From positions 1 through 53,364 of the forward strand of contig MEKR01000188.1 in assembly GCA_001767035.1 (NCBI GenBank): DNA of 53,364 bases, in the 5' to 3' direction. Within the stretch, counting starts at the first letter, position 1. Each line of letters starts with the position of its first letter. The notes beneath the pieces are model-generated. The model ran no database searches. It worked only from the letters and a program-made list of their open reading frames with translations, and was not told where the DNA came from. Origin of the DNA: Acidobacteria bacterium RIFCSPLOWO2_02_FULL_61_28 (GTDB lineage Bacteria > Acidobacteriota > Terriglobia > 2-12-FULL-54-10). This document shows positions 39,306 through 48,749 of this stretch, piece after piece. A program made the position numbers and the translations under genes.

Positions 39306-39539
39306 ATGAGCAATCAACCAACCAAAAATGACGACATGGCGGACGAGATAGACTTCAGCAAAGGGGTTCGCGGCCTCCATCACATCCCGCCTGGCGCAAA
39401 GGTGTTTTTGCCCGCCTCCATCGAGCGGAGCGTCTGGGAATACTTCTCGGAAAAGGCTGAAGAGAAGGGCGTGGAGCTTTCAGAGCTTCTCACCGAGGTC
39501 CTCCAGCGCGATATCGAGATCAACGAGGCGCTGAAGTAA
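39306..39539 (+). CDS. BrnA/CopG-like putative antitoxin
   Basis: DDMADEIDFSKGVRG followed by RHH-like V..YF...A...G...L. Confidence 0.7.
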   Translation: MSNQPTKNDDMADEIDFSKGVRGLHHIPPGAKVFLPASIERSVWEYFSEKAEEKGVELSELLTEVLQRDIEINEALK

Positions 39540-39719
39540 TTGCGATTCCGGAGCCGACTCGTGGATCATCGTTAGGCTGCATGGGAACCTTCCTCGATTA
39601 AAAACACCTCACAACAACCGTAATGACAAGCCATCCGCCCCAGCGATCCGGCAAGGCACACCGGCGGACAAAGCGTGGTAGGATAATTTTCTCAATAAGA
39701 TGCCTTCGGCGAGGTACGA

Positions 39720-41153
39720 ATGCCCTACCACGATCTGCGCGAATATCTCCAGGTACTAGAGAAAAAAGGTCTGCTCTGCCACGTCACGGCGGAGGTGGAC
39801 AAGGACTGGGAGATCAGCGCGGTGTGCCGGCAGGCCTTCCGGACCATCCCCCAGGCGCGCCGCCCGGCCCTGATGTTCGATCGCATTAAAGGGCACACCA
39901 TCCCGCTGGTGGTCGGCATCCTGGGCGGTTCCCGCGAAATTTACGCGACGGCGCTCGAGACGGACCAGGCCGGGGTCTGGGAAAAATGGCAGCGCGGGAA
40001 GAATCCGATTACCCCTCGCTTGGTGAATAGCGGGCCGTGCCAGGAAGTAGTTCAGATGGGCGACGAGGCCAACTTCGAGATGCTGCCCGCGCCGGTCTGG
40101 ACCGTGGGGCAGGACCCGGGTCCCTATCACACCTCTCCGTTTGTCATCTCCCGCGATCCGGAGACCCGCATTCCGAACGTGGGGACCTACCGTCTGCAAG
40201 TCAAAGGTCCCCGCAAGGGTGGATTCATGATTAACCCGCAGCGCAACATGCGCCAGCACCTGCGAAAGAATGAGGCGCGGGGCTGCGGCACCGATGCCGC
40301 GATCGTGTTCGGCACCGATCCGGTCATCGGCCTGACCTCGGTCAGCCCGTTTCCGTATGGGGCGGATGAGCTGGCGGCGGCGGGAGGAATCCGCGGGGAG
40401 CCGGTCGAGGTGGTGAAATGTCTGACCGTGGACCTGGAAGTCCCCGCCACGGCCGAAATCGTCGTGGAAGGCCGGGTGCCCTTCCAGGGTCTCGAAAAAG
40501 AAGGCCCCTTTGGCGAATATGCGGGCTATATGGGCGCGGGCGGAAACAATCCCCTGTTTGAAGTGACCTGCATCACGCACCGGCGCAACCCGATCTACCA
40601 GGCCTTCCTGAGCCAGATGCCTCCCAGCGAATCGAGTTGCATCAAGGCCTTTGGACGCGAGATGGAAATCCGCCGGCACCTCAAAAATAATTGCGGCATC
40701 CCGGTCGAGGACGTCTGCCTCACCGAAAGCAGCGGCGCCACCGCCTACCTAATCGTTTCCATCAAAAAGCAGAACCGCTTTCAACCGCTGAAAGCGATGA
40801 TGGGAGTTTGGTCGCTCAATATCGGGATCGGCAAGATCATGATCGTGGTGGATGACGACATTGACGTGCGGGACCCCTGGCAGGTCGAATGGGCGCTGAG
40901 CTTTCGCATGCAGCCGGCCGAGGACATCCACATCTTCCGCAACATGGACCCCACTACGCTAGACCCTTCGCAGCCCCCCAAAGACGGGAAGCCGGTGCCG
41001 CCCCCGGAACAGGTGAGTTCGAAGGTCGGCATTGACGCCACCCGGAAATTCCCTTACCCGCCGCTCGCTGTGCCGCCCAAGGAGCACTTGGAGCGAGTTG
41101 CCGCCAATTGGGCGCACTACGGAATCCGCGAGGTCAACCCGCAGGGGTCCTAG
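39720..41153 (+). CDS. UbiD family (de)carboxylase
   Basis: DLREYL..LE, NVGTYR, VPATAEIVVEG, EGPFGEY.GY, VVDDDID, IDAT. Confidence 0.93.
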   Translation: MPYHDLREYLQVLEKKGLLCHVTAEVDKDWEISAVCRQAFRTIPQARRPALMFDRIKGHTIPLVVGILGGSREIYATALETDQAGVWEKWQRGKNPITPRLVNSGPCQEVVQMGDEANFEMLPAPVWTVGQDPGPYHTSPFVISRDPETRIPNVGTYRLQVKGPRKGGFMINPQRNMRQHLRKNEARGCGTDAAIVFGTDPVIGLTSVSPFPYGADELAAAGGIRGEPVEVVKCLTVDLEVPATAEIVVEGRVPFQGLEKEGPFGEYAGYMGAGGNNPLFEVTCITHRRNPIYQAFLSQMPPSESSCIKAFGREMEIRRHLKNNCGIPVEDVCLTESSGATAYLIVSIKKQNRFQPLKAMMGVWSLNIGIGKIMIVVDDDIDVRDPWQVEWALSFRMQPAEDIHIFRNMDPTTLDPSQPPKDGKPVPPPEQVSSKVGIDATRKFPYPPLAVPPKEHLERVAANWAHYGIREVNPQGS

Positions 41154-41296
41154 GGTCGGGCCTCCACCCAGGCGCCGTCCCGATCAGGTATAATTAGCAC
41201 GTTAACGCATGACGGATTCTAACCGGGCCAGCAAATTCGAGAGCTAGGGTTTCAGCCGAGACGGTCGCACGCGCGGTCGGGGGAGGACCGAGCGGA

Positions 41297-41719
41297 ATGG
41301 ATAGAACTCAGCTTCAGCAACTCGCCGAGCTTCGCGTAGAGGACGCCGAGGTTCTGCTCGCGGCAAGCCGATGGGCGGCGGCTTACTACCTGCTCGGCTA
41401 CTCCATTGAGTGCGCGCTGAAGGCTTGCGTCGCCAAGCAGTTCCGCTTCAGTCCATACGAAGTGCCAGATAAGAAGGTTGTCAACGATTTTTATACGCAT
41501 GATCTTGGCACATTGCTCAATCTCTCAGGTCTCAAGTCGGAGAAAGAGAGGCGAGCCAGGACCGACTCGGCCTTTGAAATCAACTGGAACATAGTGAAGG
41601 ATTGGAACGAAACTTACCGTTACTATTTGGGTGGCACTGAAACGGACGCTCGCGGAATGTACGAGGCTGTCACAAATAGTACGTCAGGGGTTCTACCATG
41701 GCTGAAAACACAGTGGTAA
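41297..41719 (+). CDS. HEPN-domain-like protein
   Basis: DAEVLL....AYYL.GY.IECALKA ... THDL..LL ... W.E..RY. Confidence 0.75.
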   Translation: MDRTQLQQLAELRVEDAEVLLAASRWAAAYYLLGYSIECALKACVAKQFRFSPYEVPDKKVVNDFYTHDLGTLLNLSGLKSEKERRARTDSAFEINWNIVKDWNETYRYYLGGTETDARGMYEAVTNSTSGVLPWLKTQW

Positions 41720-42102
41720 AGGAACAGCTCACGGAAGAGATGATCGAGGCTGGCGCCGAGCTGACGGCTAAGCTCGACGAGATGGGTTTGCCTATTGCGG
41801 CTGCTATGTGGTTCTTCATGCCGGAGATCAACGAATGGCGTCTTCTATTCGCCTCTGCCGAAGTATCCTCAGTGGGGCCACGCAGCGTCTACAAAAAGAT
41901 CCAAGAAGCCCGGCAAGCCCTCGGTCCGAAGGTCGAGGCGTCGCCGTTCTCAGCTATCGGCCTCCTGGACGCGAATGATCCACTTGTCCAGCTTCTTCGG
42001 ATCGCCCTGCGTACGGAAGGCGGGGTGTCGCGCATTCGCTTCTCGAAGAATGTGATCAATGGGCATTTCATAGAAGATGCGCTGATTTATCGCATCGCAT
42101 GA
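41698..42102 (+). CDS. Hypothetical partner of the HEPN protein
   Basis: Overlaps the upstream stop by 22 nt; AAMWFF...EWRLL, DALIYR. Confidence 0.65.
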   Translation: MAENTVVKEQLTEEMIEAGAELTAKLDEMGLPIAAAMWFFMPEINEWRLLFASAEVSSVGPRSVYKKIQEARQALGPKVEASPFSAIGLLDANDPLVQLLRIALRTEGGVSRIRFSKNVINGHFIEDALIYRIA

Positions 42103-42304
42103 GGCAGCCTAACCTGCGGCGGAACCCGAAAAAAACAGACTCCAGACAGAGGCTAATTGCAACCTGTTTGACTCCGAGTGAGGTTGAATCCACCGGCCGG
42201 CTGGGGGTATGATTTTGCTCGGCGGCTCAGGAAAAACCTGGAATTCATGACCTCCACGTTGGCCTCGCGGGGCGAGGAACCTGCGCGATCCTGGATTCAA
42301 AGTG

Positions 42305-42338
42305 CAGGTCCCTCGTCGCTACGCTCCTCGGGATGACA
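42305..42338. repeat. Free-standing palindromic element (family D, reverse of TGTCATCCCGAGGAGCGTAGCGACGAGGGACCTG)
   Basis: Reverse complement matches 6416-6450 inside the SBBP gene except for one indel. Confidence 0.85.
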
Positions 42339-42375
42339 GCGGAGCGGCACGGATACAGGGCTTCCCAAAACCGCG

Positions 42376-43701
42376 CTAGTTACCCTTCACTTCGACCTTG
42401 GCGATTCCGTTGACGCCGCTGGTTGCCAGCCACAGGTTGCCGTCCTTGGCCGCCACCATGTTGCGCACGACACCGCCGCCCGAGGGGATCAGCCAGGTCT
42501 GGAATTTTTCCGTCTTGGGGTCAAAGCGCACGACCGTGTTCTTGCTCACTCCGGACTCGCTATACCAGAGGATGTTCCCCACGGCGGCAATTCCGTACGG
42601 TTGAGATTTCGCCCCGCTCGGGGAAGGCCATTCCTTGGCCGCGCCGGTCTTGGGGTCGTAGCGGCCCAGATAGCCCCGCGAATAGTCGCTGTACCAGATG
42701 GCGTCGTCGGGAGTCACGGCGATGCGCCGGGGGCGCGTCTCGGGATTCGGCAGAGTGTATTCGCGAATCTCCATGGTCTCCGCATCAATGCTGGCCAGCT
42801 TGTTCGTGCGGAACTCGCAGAAGAAGACCACGCCCTTCGAGTTCACCGCCATCCCGTAGGGATTCGCGCGCGGGGTGGGCGTCGGCACCACCTTCACCTC
42901 GCCCGTCTTGGGATTGATCCTCCCCACCATGCTCGCTCCCTGCAAGGTGAACCAAACGGTCCCGTTGTGGTCAATGATGGGAGTATGCGGATCGCGGGCC
43001 TTGGGGTCGGGCATCTTGTATTCGGTGACCTCGCCCGACTTCGGGTCGAGCTTGCCGACGTAGGACCCCGATTGCGCCGTGAACCAGATGTTGCCCTCCT
43101 TGTCGGCGACCAGACCGTGGGGTCCGGACCGCTCGGTCTTCAAGCGGTATTCCTTGAACTGCTCGGTCTTGGGATCAAACCGCCCCATGACGTTGGCCAT
43201 CTGCCCCGTGTACCAGACCGAACCGTCGGGCGCCACGAGCGGATCGTGCGGCCGCGAGCCGGGCGTGGGCACGGTCCATTCTTTGATCGAGACCTCGACG
43301 CTGCCGGGCAGCAACACGCCGGCCGGCCTCGGCTGACCCAGGTAATTCCGGGTCATATACTCGACCACCACCGGGACATCATCCCCCGTCAAAATCGCGC
43401 CGTAGGCGATCATCCGGTTGATCGTGGCCTGCCAGTCCTCGCGCGTGTAGCGGGCTGCGACCACCCGCTCGAGCGGGTGGCAATTCGAGCATACCTTCTC
43501 CACGACCACCTTCCCGTTTCCTTCGGGCAATTGCACGGGAGCCGCGCCTGGACGGCGGCCCTCTCCCGGGCCTTGGCTGAAAGCCGGAAGCGCAGAGTAG
43601 ACCGCAGTGTAGAGCGCAGTGTAGAAAAAGACTGCTGCGAGCAGCGACGCGCTGTGGACTCGGCCGGAAAGCAGTTCCTTGCCACCAGAGATTGCCTTCA
43701 T
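42376..43701 (-). CDS. Periplasmic cytochrome c domain fused to a Vgb (virginiamycin B lyase)-like beta-propeller
   Basis: LPEGNGK..V..CSNCH, then repeats PHD/PHG/PYG..G.VWFT...GR.DPKTG. Confidence 0.85.
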   Translation of the reverse strand: MKAISGGKELLSGRVHSASLLAAVFFYTALYTAVYSALPAFSQGPGEGRRPGAAPVQLPEGNGKVVVEKVCSNCHPLERVVAARYTREDWQATINRMIAYGAILTGDDVPVVVEYMTRNYLGQPRPAGVLLPGSVEVSIKEWTVPTPGSRPHDPLVAPDGSVWYTGQMANVMGRFDPKTEQFKEYRLKTERSGPHGLVADKEGNIWFTAQSGSYVGKLDPKSGEVTEYKMPDPKARDPHTPIIDHNGTVWFTLQGASMVGRINPKTGEVKVVPTPTPRANPYGMAVNSKGVVFFCEFRTNKLASIDAETMEIREYTLPNPETRPRRIAVTPDDAIWYSDYSRGYLGRYDPKTGAAKEWPSPSGAKSQPYGIAAVGNILWYSESGVSKNTVVRFDPKTEKFQTWLIPSGGGVVRNMVAAKDGNLWLATSGVNGIAKVEVKGN

Positions 43702-43803
43702 AATCCCTCCTCCGTCATTTCTTCGATTTCGATGTTCGTTCCGCCGTTACTGGCTTTGATTCTATGCCAATCCCCACGGCGTTGCAATCACAAATCGGCG
43801 TGT

Positions 43804-44313
43804 CTAGTCCTCGGTCGGCAGATCGGGGATGAGTCCCTTCCGGCGGGCTTCTGCCTGGATCTCGGGCGGCATCTGCCGCGCATCCACAATAAAACCGTTG
43901 ACGGAAATCATCCACGCCATCGGATTCTTTTCCAGCAACTCCCGGCGGCAAAATTCCGGGTGCAATGGGTGCAGGTGAAGAAGTTCGCCGATGAGCTTGA
44001 ACTTCCCCGACAGCGTGCTCATCGAAACGCCGGTCAGATGGGCGAGCTGGTCCCCCGTCAGGTGCGGGCGCTGCGTCGGGTCGGACAGGAAGTTAATCTT
44101 CCCGACCGTGTAGATCACGGCTCCGGCCCAGGTGCGCAACTCACCACGGAGCAGCGGGGAGGGACGCTTGCGGGCCAGCTTGGCGACCAGCTTGCGGCAC
44201 AATTCGGCGTATTCCGCATCCAGGTGCTCGGCGCAAAACGGGTCGGTCCGCTCGATAATCTCCTGGGCTGTGTGCTGAAGATCGCTTGGGATCGGAAGAC
44301 GGGTGTTTTTCAT
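43804..44313 (-). CDS. DUF6398-like hypothetical protein
   Basis: KLARKRPSPLLRG...WAGAVIY..G.INFL.D ... NP..W.I.VNG.IVDAR..P.EIQ.EA..KGLIP. Confidence 0.75.
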   Translation of the reverse strand: MKNTRLPIPSDLQHTAQEIIERTDPFCAEHLDAEYAELCRKLVAKLARKRPSPLLRGELRTWAGAVIYTVGKINFLSDPTQRPHLTGDQLAHLTGVSMSTLSGKFKLIGELLHLHPLHPEFCRRELLEKNPMAWMISVNGFIVDARQMPPEIQAEARRKGLIPDLPTED

Positions 44314-44343
44314 CGTTGCTCCAGTGTGTCGGCTCTGCTTCCC

Positions 44344-44757
44344 TCAGCCCTGCAAATACACCGCGGAGGAGTTGAAGGCTTCCTCCGGCGTTGCCACAAA
44401 CGAACCCGAGGCGCAGACCGAAGGCGCGTACTTTTCCGTGCTGTACTTGAAGAAGGCATACTCCCAGCGGTTCCTGCTCCCGATGTAACCGAGGCGGCAC
44501 AGTTGCAATGGGTACTCTTCCTCCTCCACGTACCGGCAAACCTGGGGAATTGTTTCTTCGCCGGGCGCGGGCTCGACCACGGCAACGTATGCATATCGCC
44601 CGTGGAAGCGGAGCAGAATCTTTCGAACGCGATTCTTCCAGTGTTGCGTAACGTGGCGCAGCAAGCGGGCTGCAAGCTCCTGCTGAACGCTCTCCGGAAC
44701 GGGTTGATTGCTCGGACCCCTTTTCCAGGTTTTCCAACTCTTCCGTCGTGGGGTCAT
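44344..44757 (-). CDS. Hypothetical protein
   Basis: RFHGRYAYV, LCRLGYIGSRNRWEYAFFKYSTEKY; co-oriented with the downstream gene. Confidence 0.7.
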   Translation of the reverse strand: MTPRRKSWKTWKRGPSNQPVPESVQQELAARLLRHVTQHWKNRVRKILLRFHGRYAYVAVVEPAPGEETIPQVCRYVEEEEYPLQLCRLGYIGSRNRWEYAFFKYSTEKYAPSVCASGSFVATPEEAFNSSAVYLQG

Positions 44758-44902
44758 GAAGCTCTTCCTTACATTCGTTTGCGGTCTCTTTCCCGGTGAC
44801 GCAGAGCATACCAAATCGCGTGTTTGAACCCAAGCGATACGTAATGGGGAAGCCAAACCAACGCTTGCTTACGCGCGCGGCTCGGATCAATTTGCACGAA
44901 CA

Positions 44903-46171
44903 CTATTGGCCGAGCGCCAGCGAAGCGTCGGGCGGGACATCCCAGGCGGCGAACTGGCGGGCGAGATATTTGGGGAAGGCGGCGGCGGCGATCATGGCGG
45001 CGTTGTCGGTCGAGAGCGACAGGCGCGGGAAATAGACCGGCGGGCAGGCGGCGCTCCAACGCTCCGTCGCTCGAACTTGTGGAGCGCCGCGCGGCTGTGG
45101 CTCCGGAGGGCCAGCGCGGAGCCGCGAGAAGCGTTCGCGCAGGAGCGAGTTGGCGGCGACGCCGCCGGTGACGAAGATCGAGTTCACGCCCTCGCGCTCG
45201 GCGGCTTCGAGCGTGTGCTCGACCAGGTCGTCCACCACGGCGCGTTGAAAGCTCGCCACCAGATCGAGCGTCGTGCGCGAGCTGTGCGCCAGCAATTCGT
45301 CGAAACCGGCCGTGGGATTCTCGCGGCGAAAGGAGTTGCGTTCGGCGATCTCCTCCGCCAGGCCGTGGGATTCGACGTAGCGCAGCACCGCCGTTTTGAT
45401 TCCGCTGAAGCTGAAGTCGAGCGCATTGCCTTTCGTCGTTTTCGTCACCTTCATTTTGGGCTTGGTGAAGGCGACCGCGCCGGAATTGCCGTGGCGGGCT
45501 AGTCTGTCTAGGACTGGACCGCCGGGATAGCCATAGCCGAGCAACTTGGCTACCTTGTCGTAGGCCTCCCCGGCCGCATCGTCGCGCGTCCGGCCGAGAA
45601 TATGATACGAAAACACCGCCGAAGAATCCGAGAGAACCGAATCTTTTTTGGTCTCGCGCTCGGCCACCGCCAGCAGCGTGTGCCCGCCGCTGACGACCAG
45701 GGCCAGGGCAGGGAACTCAGGGTCGGGGCGGCCGGCGAGGTGTTCTTCCAGGATCACCGCATGGATGTGGCCTTCGAGATGATTCACCGCGACAAGCGGC
45801 TTGCCGAGCGCCAGCGCCAGCGACTTGGCGTAGGTGAGGCCGCCCAGCAAGGAGCCGACCAGCCCCGGCCCCTGCGTGACGGCGATGGCGTCGAGTTGGG
45901 AATAGGAGAGGCCGGCGTCCTCGACCGCCTGGCGAACGATCGGCACAATCGCCCGCAGATGCTCGCGGCTGGCCAGCTCCGGCACCACGCCGCCGTATTT
46001 CCCGTGCGTCGCCATCTGCGAAGCGACCACGCTCGAGCAAATGCGCACGCCATCTTCGATGACCGCCGCCGCCGTCTCATCGCAGGACGTTTCAATTCCC
46101 AAGATACGAATGGGTCCCAGGATGCGAACGGGCGGAGTGGATCGTGTTGGAGTCTCGTTGGGTTCCGTCAT
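44903..46171 (-). CDS. tsaD: tRNA N6-adenosine threonylcarbamoyltransferase TsaD, with an in-frame palindromic insertion
   Basis: [67 protein letters not shown]. Confidence 0.96.
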   Translation of the reverse strand: MTEPNETPTRSTPPVRILGPIRILGIETSCDETAAAVIEDGVRICSSVVASQMATHGKYGGVVPELASREHLRAIVPIVRQAVEDAGLSYSQLDAIAVTQGPGLVGSLLGGLTYAKSLALALGKPLVAVNHLEGHIHAVILEEHLAGRPDPEFPALALVVSGGHTLLAVAERETKKDSVLSDSSAVFSYHILGRTRDDAAGEAYDKVAKLLGYGYPGGPVLDRLARHGNSGAVAFTKPKMKVTKTTKGNALDFSFSGIKTAVLRYVESHGLAEEIAERNSFRRENPTAGFDELLAHSSRTTLDLVASFQRAVVDDLVEHTLEAAEREGVNSIFVTGGVAANSLLRERFSRLRAGPPEPQPRGAPQVRATERWSAACPPVYFPRLSLSTDNAAMIAAAAFPKYLARQFAAWDVPPDASLALGQ

Positions 46172-46188
46172 CCGCTCCTGTGCCGCCA

Positions 46189-46360
46189 CCTTCCATCTCT
46201 ATCCTAACCGAAGTGTCCCATTACCGTTCAGGGCCAGCGGTCAGGTCTGGAGGAGTTACCGCGGGGATCCGACTTTTCCGGCCCCCAGATGTCCGAATCC
46301 CCGGTTGATCGGTCACAGGGGCGGAGTGCCAAGGCAGGGTACTGGGAGACCACTGGAAGG
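46189..46360 (-). ncRNA. Candidate 6S-like structured RNA
   Basis: About 170-nt nested pairings ccttcca/tggaagg, tcccattacc/ggtactggga and ggggattcggac/gtcggatcccc (G.U pair on the minus strand) around an unpaired centre. Confidence 0.35.
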
Positions 46361-46415
46361 GAATTGGCAGGGAACTTTTCCCTGCTTCTCCAAATCCGTT
46401 TCGCATCTGCACTTG

Positions 46416-46428
46416 TAACTCGCTGATA
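46416..46428 (-). promoter_or_regulatory. Putative IHF binding site
   Basis: TATCAGCGAGTTA matches WATCARNNNNTTR and lies about 25 bp upstream of the sigma54 motif. Confidence 0.55.
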
Positions 46429-46453
46429 CAAAACAGAATATTTAAGAATCGGC

Positions 46454-46470
46454 TTGGCACACTGGTTGCT
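46454..46470 (+). promoter_or_regulatory. Sigma54 (-24/-12) promoter
   Basis: TTGGCAC-actgg-TTGCT, an exact TGGCAC-N5-TTGC match about 110 bp before the OmpA-family start. Confidence 0.75.
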
Positions 46471-46581
46471 TCTCCCTGCACGACGACAAGACGCAAGGGT
46501 TCCCAATCGAGATCGGACCCTCGGTCCTGTCGAGCGCCATCCCTGAGGTGGCGGAGAGAGATGCGGATTCAGGAGGACGAC

Positions 46582-47385
46582 ATGGAAGCAAGGAATGGTT
46601 TTTGGCGAGCGGCGACAATCACAGGAATGGCACTTCTTCTGGTTGGGGTGAGCAGCGGGTGTGTGGCTACGAGAAAGTTCACCCGCAGCAGAGTGAATGA
46701 AAAAGCGCAGGAACTCAATGCCCGGGTTGATACGACCGACCAGAACGTTCAGACCAACACCAATCAAGTCCAGGCGCACACGGGCCAGATTGATGAGCTC
46801 AATTTCGTCACACGGGACCACTCGGGAAAAATCTCCACTTTGGACAGCGGGTTGAAGCAAGTGGATCAGAAAGTGGATCAGAAAACGCAAGAGGCGATGA
46901 GTGTCGGCCAGGGAGCGCAGGGCACGGCGGACAAGGCCGTGGTCCAGGTCACTTCTCTCGGCGAGAAGTTTGAGAACCGCAACAATTACATCGTTCTGTC
47001 GGAGGAGAAAATCAAGTTCAAGTTCGACAGCGCCACTATGGATAAGACCTATTTCCCCGCACTCGATCAACTCGCGCAGCGGCTCAAGGGCACCCCGGAC
47101 GCCATCCTCGTGATGGAAGGGCGCACGGACTCGGTGGGCAACGATACCTACAACATCCGGCTCGGGGAAAAGCGCGTCGAGGCGGTCATTCGCTACCTGG
47201 TCGTCAACCAGGGCGTTCCCATGCACAAAGTCTACCGGATGAGCTTTGGGGAGGACAATCCTCTCACCCTGAACAAGACCCGCGAGGAGCGAGCCGAAAA
47301 CCGGGCGGTGGTGATGCGCGTCATGGGGCCTAGCTTCTCCACAACGTCGGGAGGGATGGTTTCCTCCGCCGCGCCGACCCCCTAA
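46582..47385 (+). CDS. OmpA-family lipoprotein with an N-terminal coiled coil
   Basis: Lipobox SSGC; FKFDSA, EGRTDSVG..YN.RLGEKR..AV..YL, SFGEDNP, NRAV; RBS aggagg. Confidence 0.9.
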   Translation: MEARNGFWRAATITGMALLLVGVSSGCVATRKFTRSRVNEKAQELNARVDTTDQNVQTNTNQVQAHTGQIDELNFVTRDHSGKISTLDSGLKQVDQKVDQKTQEAMSVGQGAQGTADKAVVQVTSLGEKFENRNNYIVLSEEKIKFKFDSATMDKTYFPALDQLAQRLKGTPDAILVMEGRTDSVGNDTYNIRLGEKRVEAVIRYLVVNQGVPMHKVYRMSFGEDNPLTLNKTREERAENRAVVMRVMGPSFSTTSGGMVSSAAPTP

Positions 47386-47442
47386 CATTCGCCACGGCCA
47401 TTCCTCGCGCACGCGAGGGGAGCCGGAAAAAGGAGACGACTC

Positions 47443-48306
47443 ATGAATACCTCAGTTCCATCTCGAAGCACCTGGATTGTGCTGGGAGCGTTGCTGCTCT
47501 TCGTTCTGGGCGAGGGCATCTATACGGTGCGGCTCAGCCACCGCATTACCGAAAGCGGGAATCGGCTCGAAAGCACTGTGAACATGCAAGGAGAAACCAT
47601 TCAGAAGCTCGCCCGCAGCATCGAGCAGGCCGACGCGCACTACGGTGAATTGCAAGGGAACTTTCGCACCGCCGAACAGCGGCTCGGGAGGACCCAGGCC
47701 GATCTCCAACGCGCCCGCCAGCTCTCCGACCGCCTGGCGCAGCAACACAAAGAGGCGACCGAACAACTCAGCCAGCTTCGGCAGGAGCAGGTGGCCACGC
47801 AAGGAACCGTGGGGACTCTTTCCTCGGACGTCTCGGGCATGAAGCAAGAGGTCAGCCTGACGAAAGACCAACTGGCCTCCACCCGCTCCGAGTTGCAGCG
47901 CGTGGTCGGCGACCTCGGCGTGCAGAGCGACCTGATCGCTCATAACCGCGACGAGCTGGGCGACCTGCGCCTGCGAGGCGAGCGCGACTACCACGAGTTC
48001 GACCTGAAAAAGAGCAAAGCCCCCGTCCGCCTCGGCTCCCTTTCCCTTCTGTTGCGGAAAACCGACGTCAAGCGGCAGAAGTACACCCTAAACTTGGTTG
48101 CCGACGACCGCACGATTGAGAAGAAGGACAAGACCACCAACGAGCCGGTGCAGTTCTATCAGGATGGCTACCGGCAGCCGACCGAGATTGTGGTCAACCA
48201 AGTCTATAAGGACCGGATCGTGGGGTACATTTCGGTCCCCAAACAAAAGGCGTCCCGGCCCGTTACGGCCTCCTCCGGACCAGGGAGTCCGAAGAGCACG
48301 TTGTGA
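47443..48306 (+). CDS. Membrane-anchored coiled-coil protein with a beta-rich C-terminal domain
   Basis: N-terminal TM helix, long heptad region, GERDYHEFDL..NEPVQFY..EIVVN..GYISVP. Confidence 0.85.
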   Translation: MNTSVPSRSTWIVLGALLLFVLGEGIYTVRLSHRITESGNRLESTVNMQGETIQKLARSIEQADAHYGELQGNFRTAEQRLGRTQADLQRARQLSDRLAQQHKEATEQLSQLRQEQVATQGTVGTLSSDVSGMKQEVSLTKDQLASTRSELQRVVGDLGVQSDLIAHNRDELGDLRLRGERDYHEFDLKKSKAPVRLGSLSLLLRKTDVKRQKYTLNLVADDRTIEKKDKTTNEPVQFYQDGYRQPTEIVVNQVYKDRIVGYISVPKQKASRPVTASSGPGSPKSTL

Positions 48307-48689
48307 CCCATGCTGCCGGAGGAATACCTTCGCGGCAGCTTCGGAGACCGAAAGGAGGACGCGTGCAAGACCGGAAGCAGAATCCGCCAGCGGGGGGCAG
48401 ATCAGACAAGTCCGGGACAACGGCCTGGAAAATCAGGATCGAGAACGAGGATCTCCACCTTCTGAAACAGATTGCGGAAAAAATCGCGGAGCCGGATCGA
48501 GGTTTGATCCCGAAGCCAACGGTCACCGCCCTGATTCAGAAGGCGATCAAGAACTACATTGCGGAGGCCTTGCGGCGCTACCGAGGCAATCTGGAGGGCA
48601 AGCAACTCCTGCTGGTCCGCGCAGAAACCAAAGAGCAAGCCCGGGCCGCGGCTGCCTCCGGAGGCGGCGCTTCGCTCAGCGCGTCCTGA
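48303..48689 (+). CDS. Small hypothetical protein, possibly ribbon-helix-helix
   Basis: GTGA overlap with the previous stop; KIRIENEDLHLLKQIAE..TVTALIQKAIKNYI. Confidence 0.55.
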   Translation: MTHAAGGIPSRQLRRPKGGRVQDRKQNPPAGGRSDKSGTTAWKIRIENEDLHLLKQIAEKIAEPDRGLIPKPTVTALIQKAIKNYIAEALRRYRGNLEGKQLLLVRAETKEQARAAAASGGGASLSAS

Positions 48690-48749
48690 TTCGGAATGGA
48701 TTTTGGAACAACTCCACCCGGAACGCCTCAACCATGGAAGGAGGAAGCA

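Noticed and set aside
42601-44799. 732-aa plus-strand ORF
   Set aside because: Antisense shadow of three recognisable minus-strand genes; no motifs and typical of high-GC DNA.
46225-46265. SRP RNA-like gtcaggtctggaggag
   Set aside because: Lacks the conserved GGAAGGAAGCAGC domain IV motif and hairpin.
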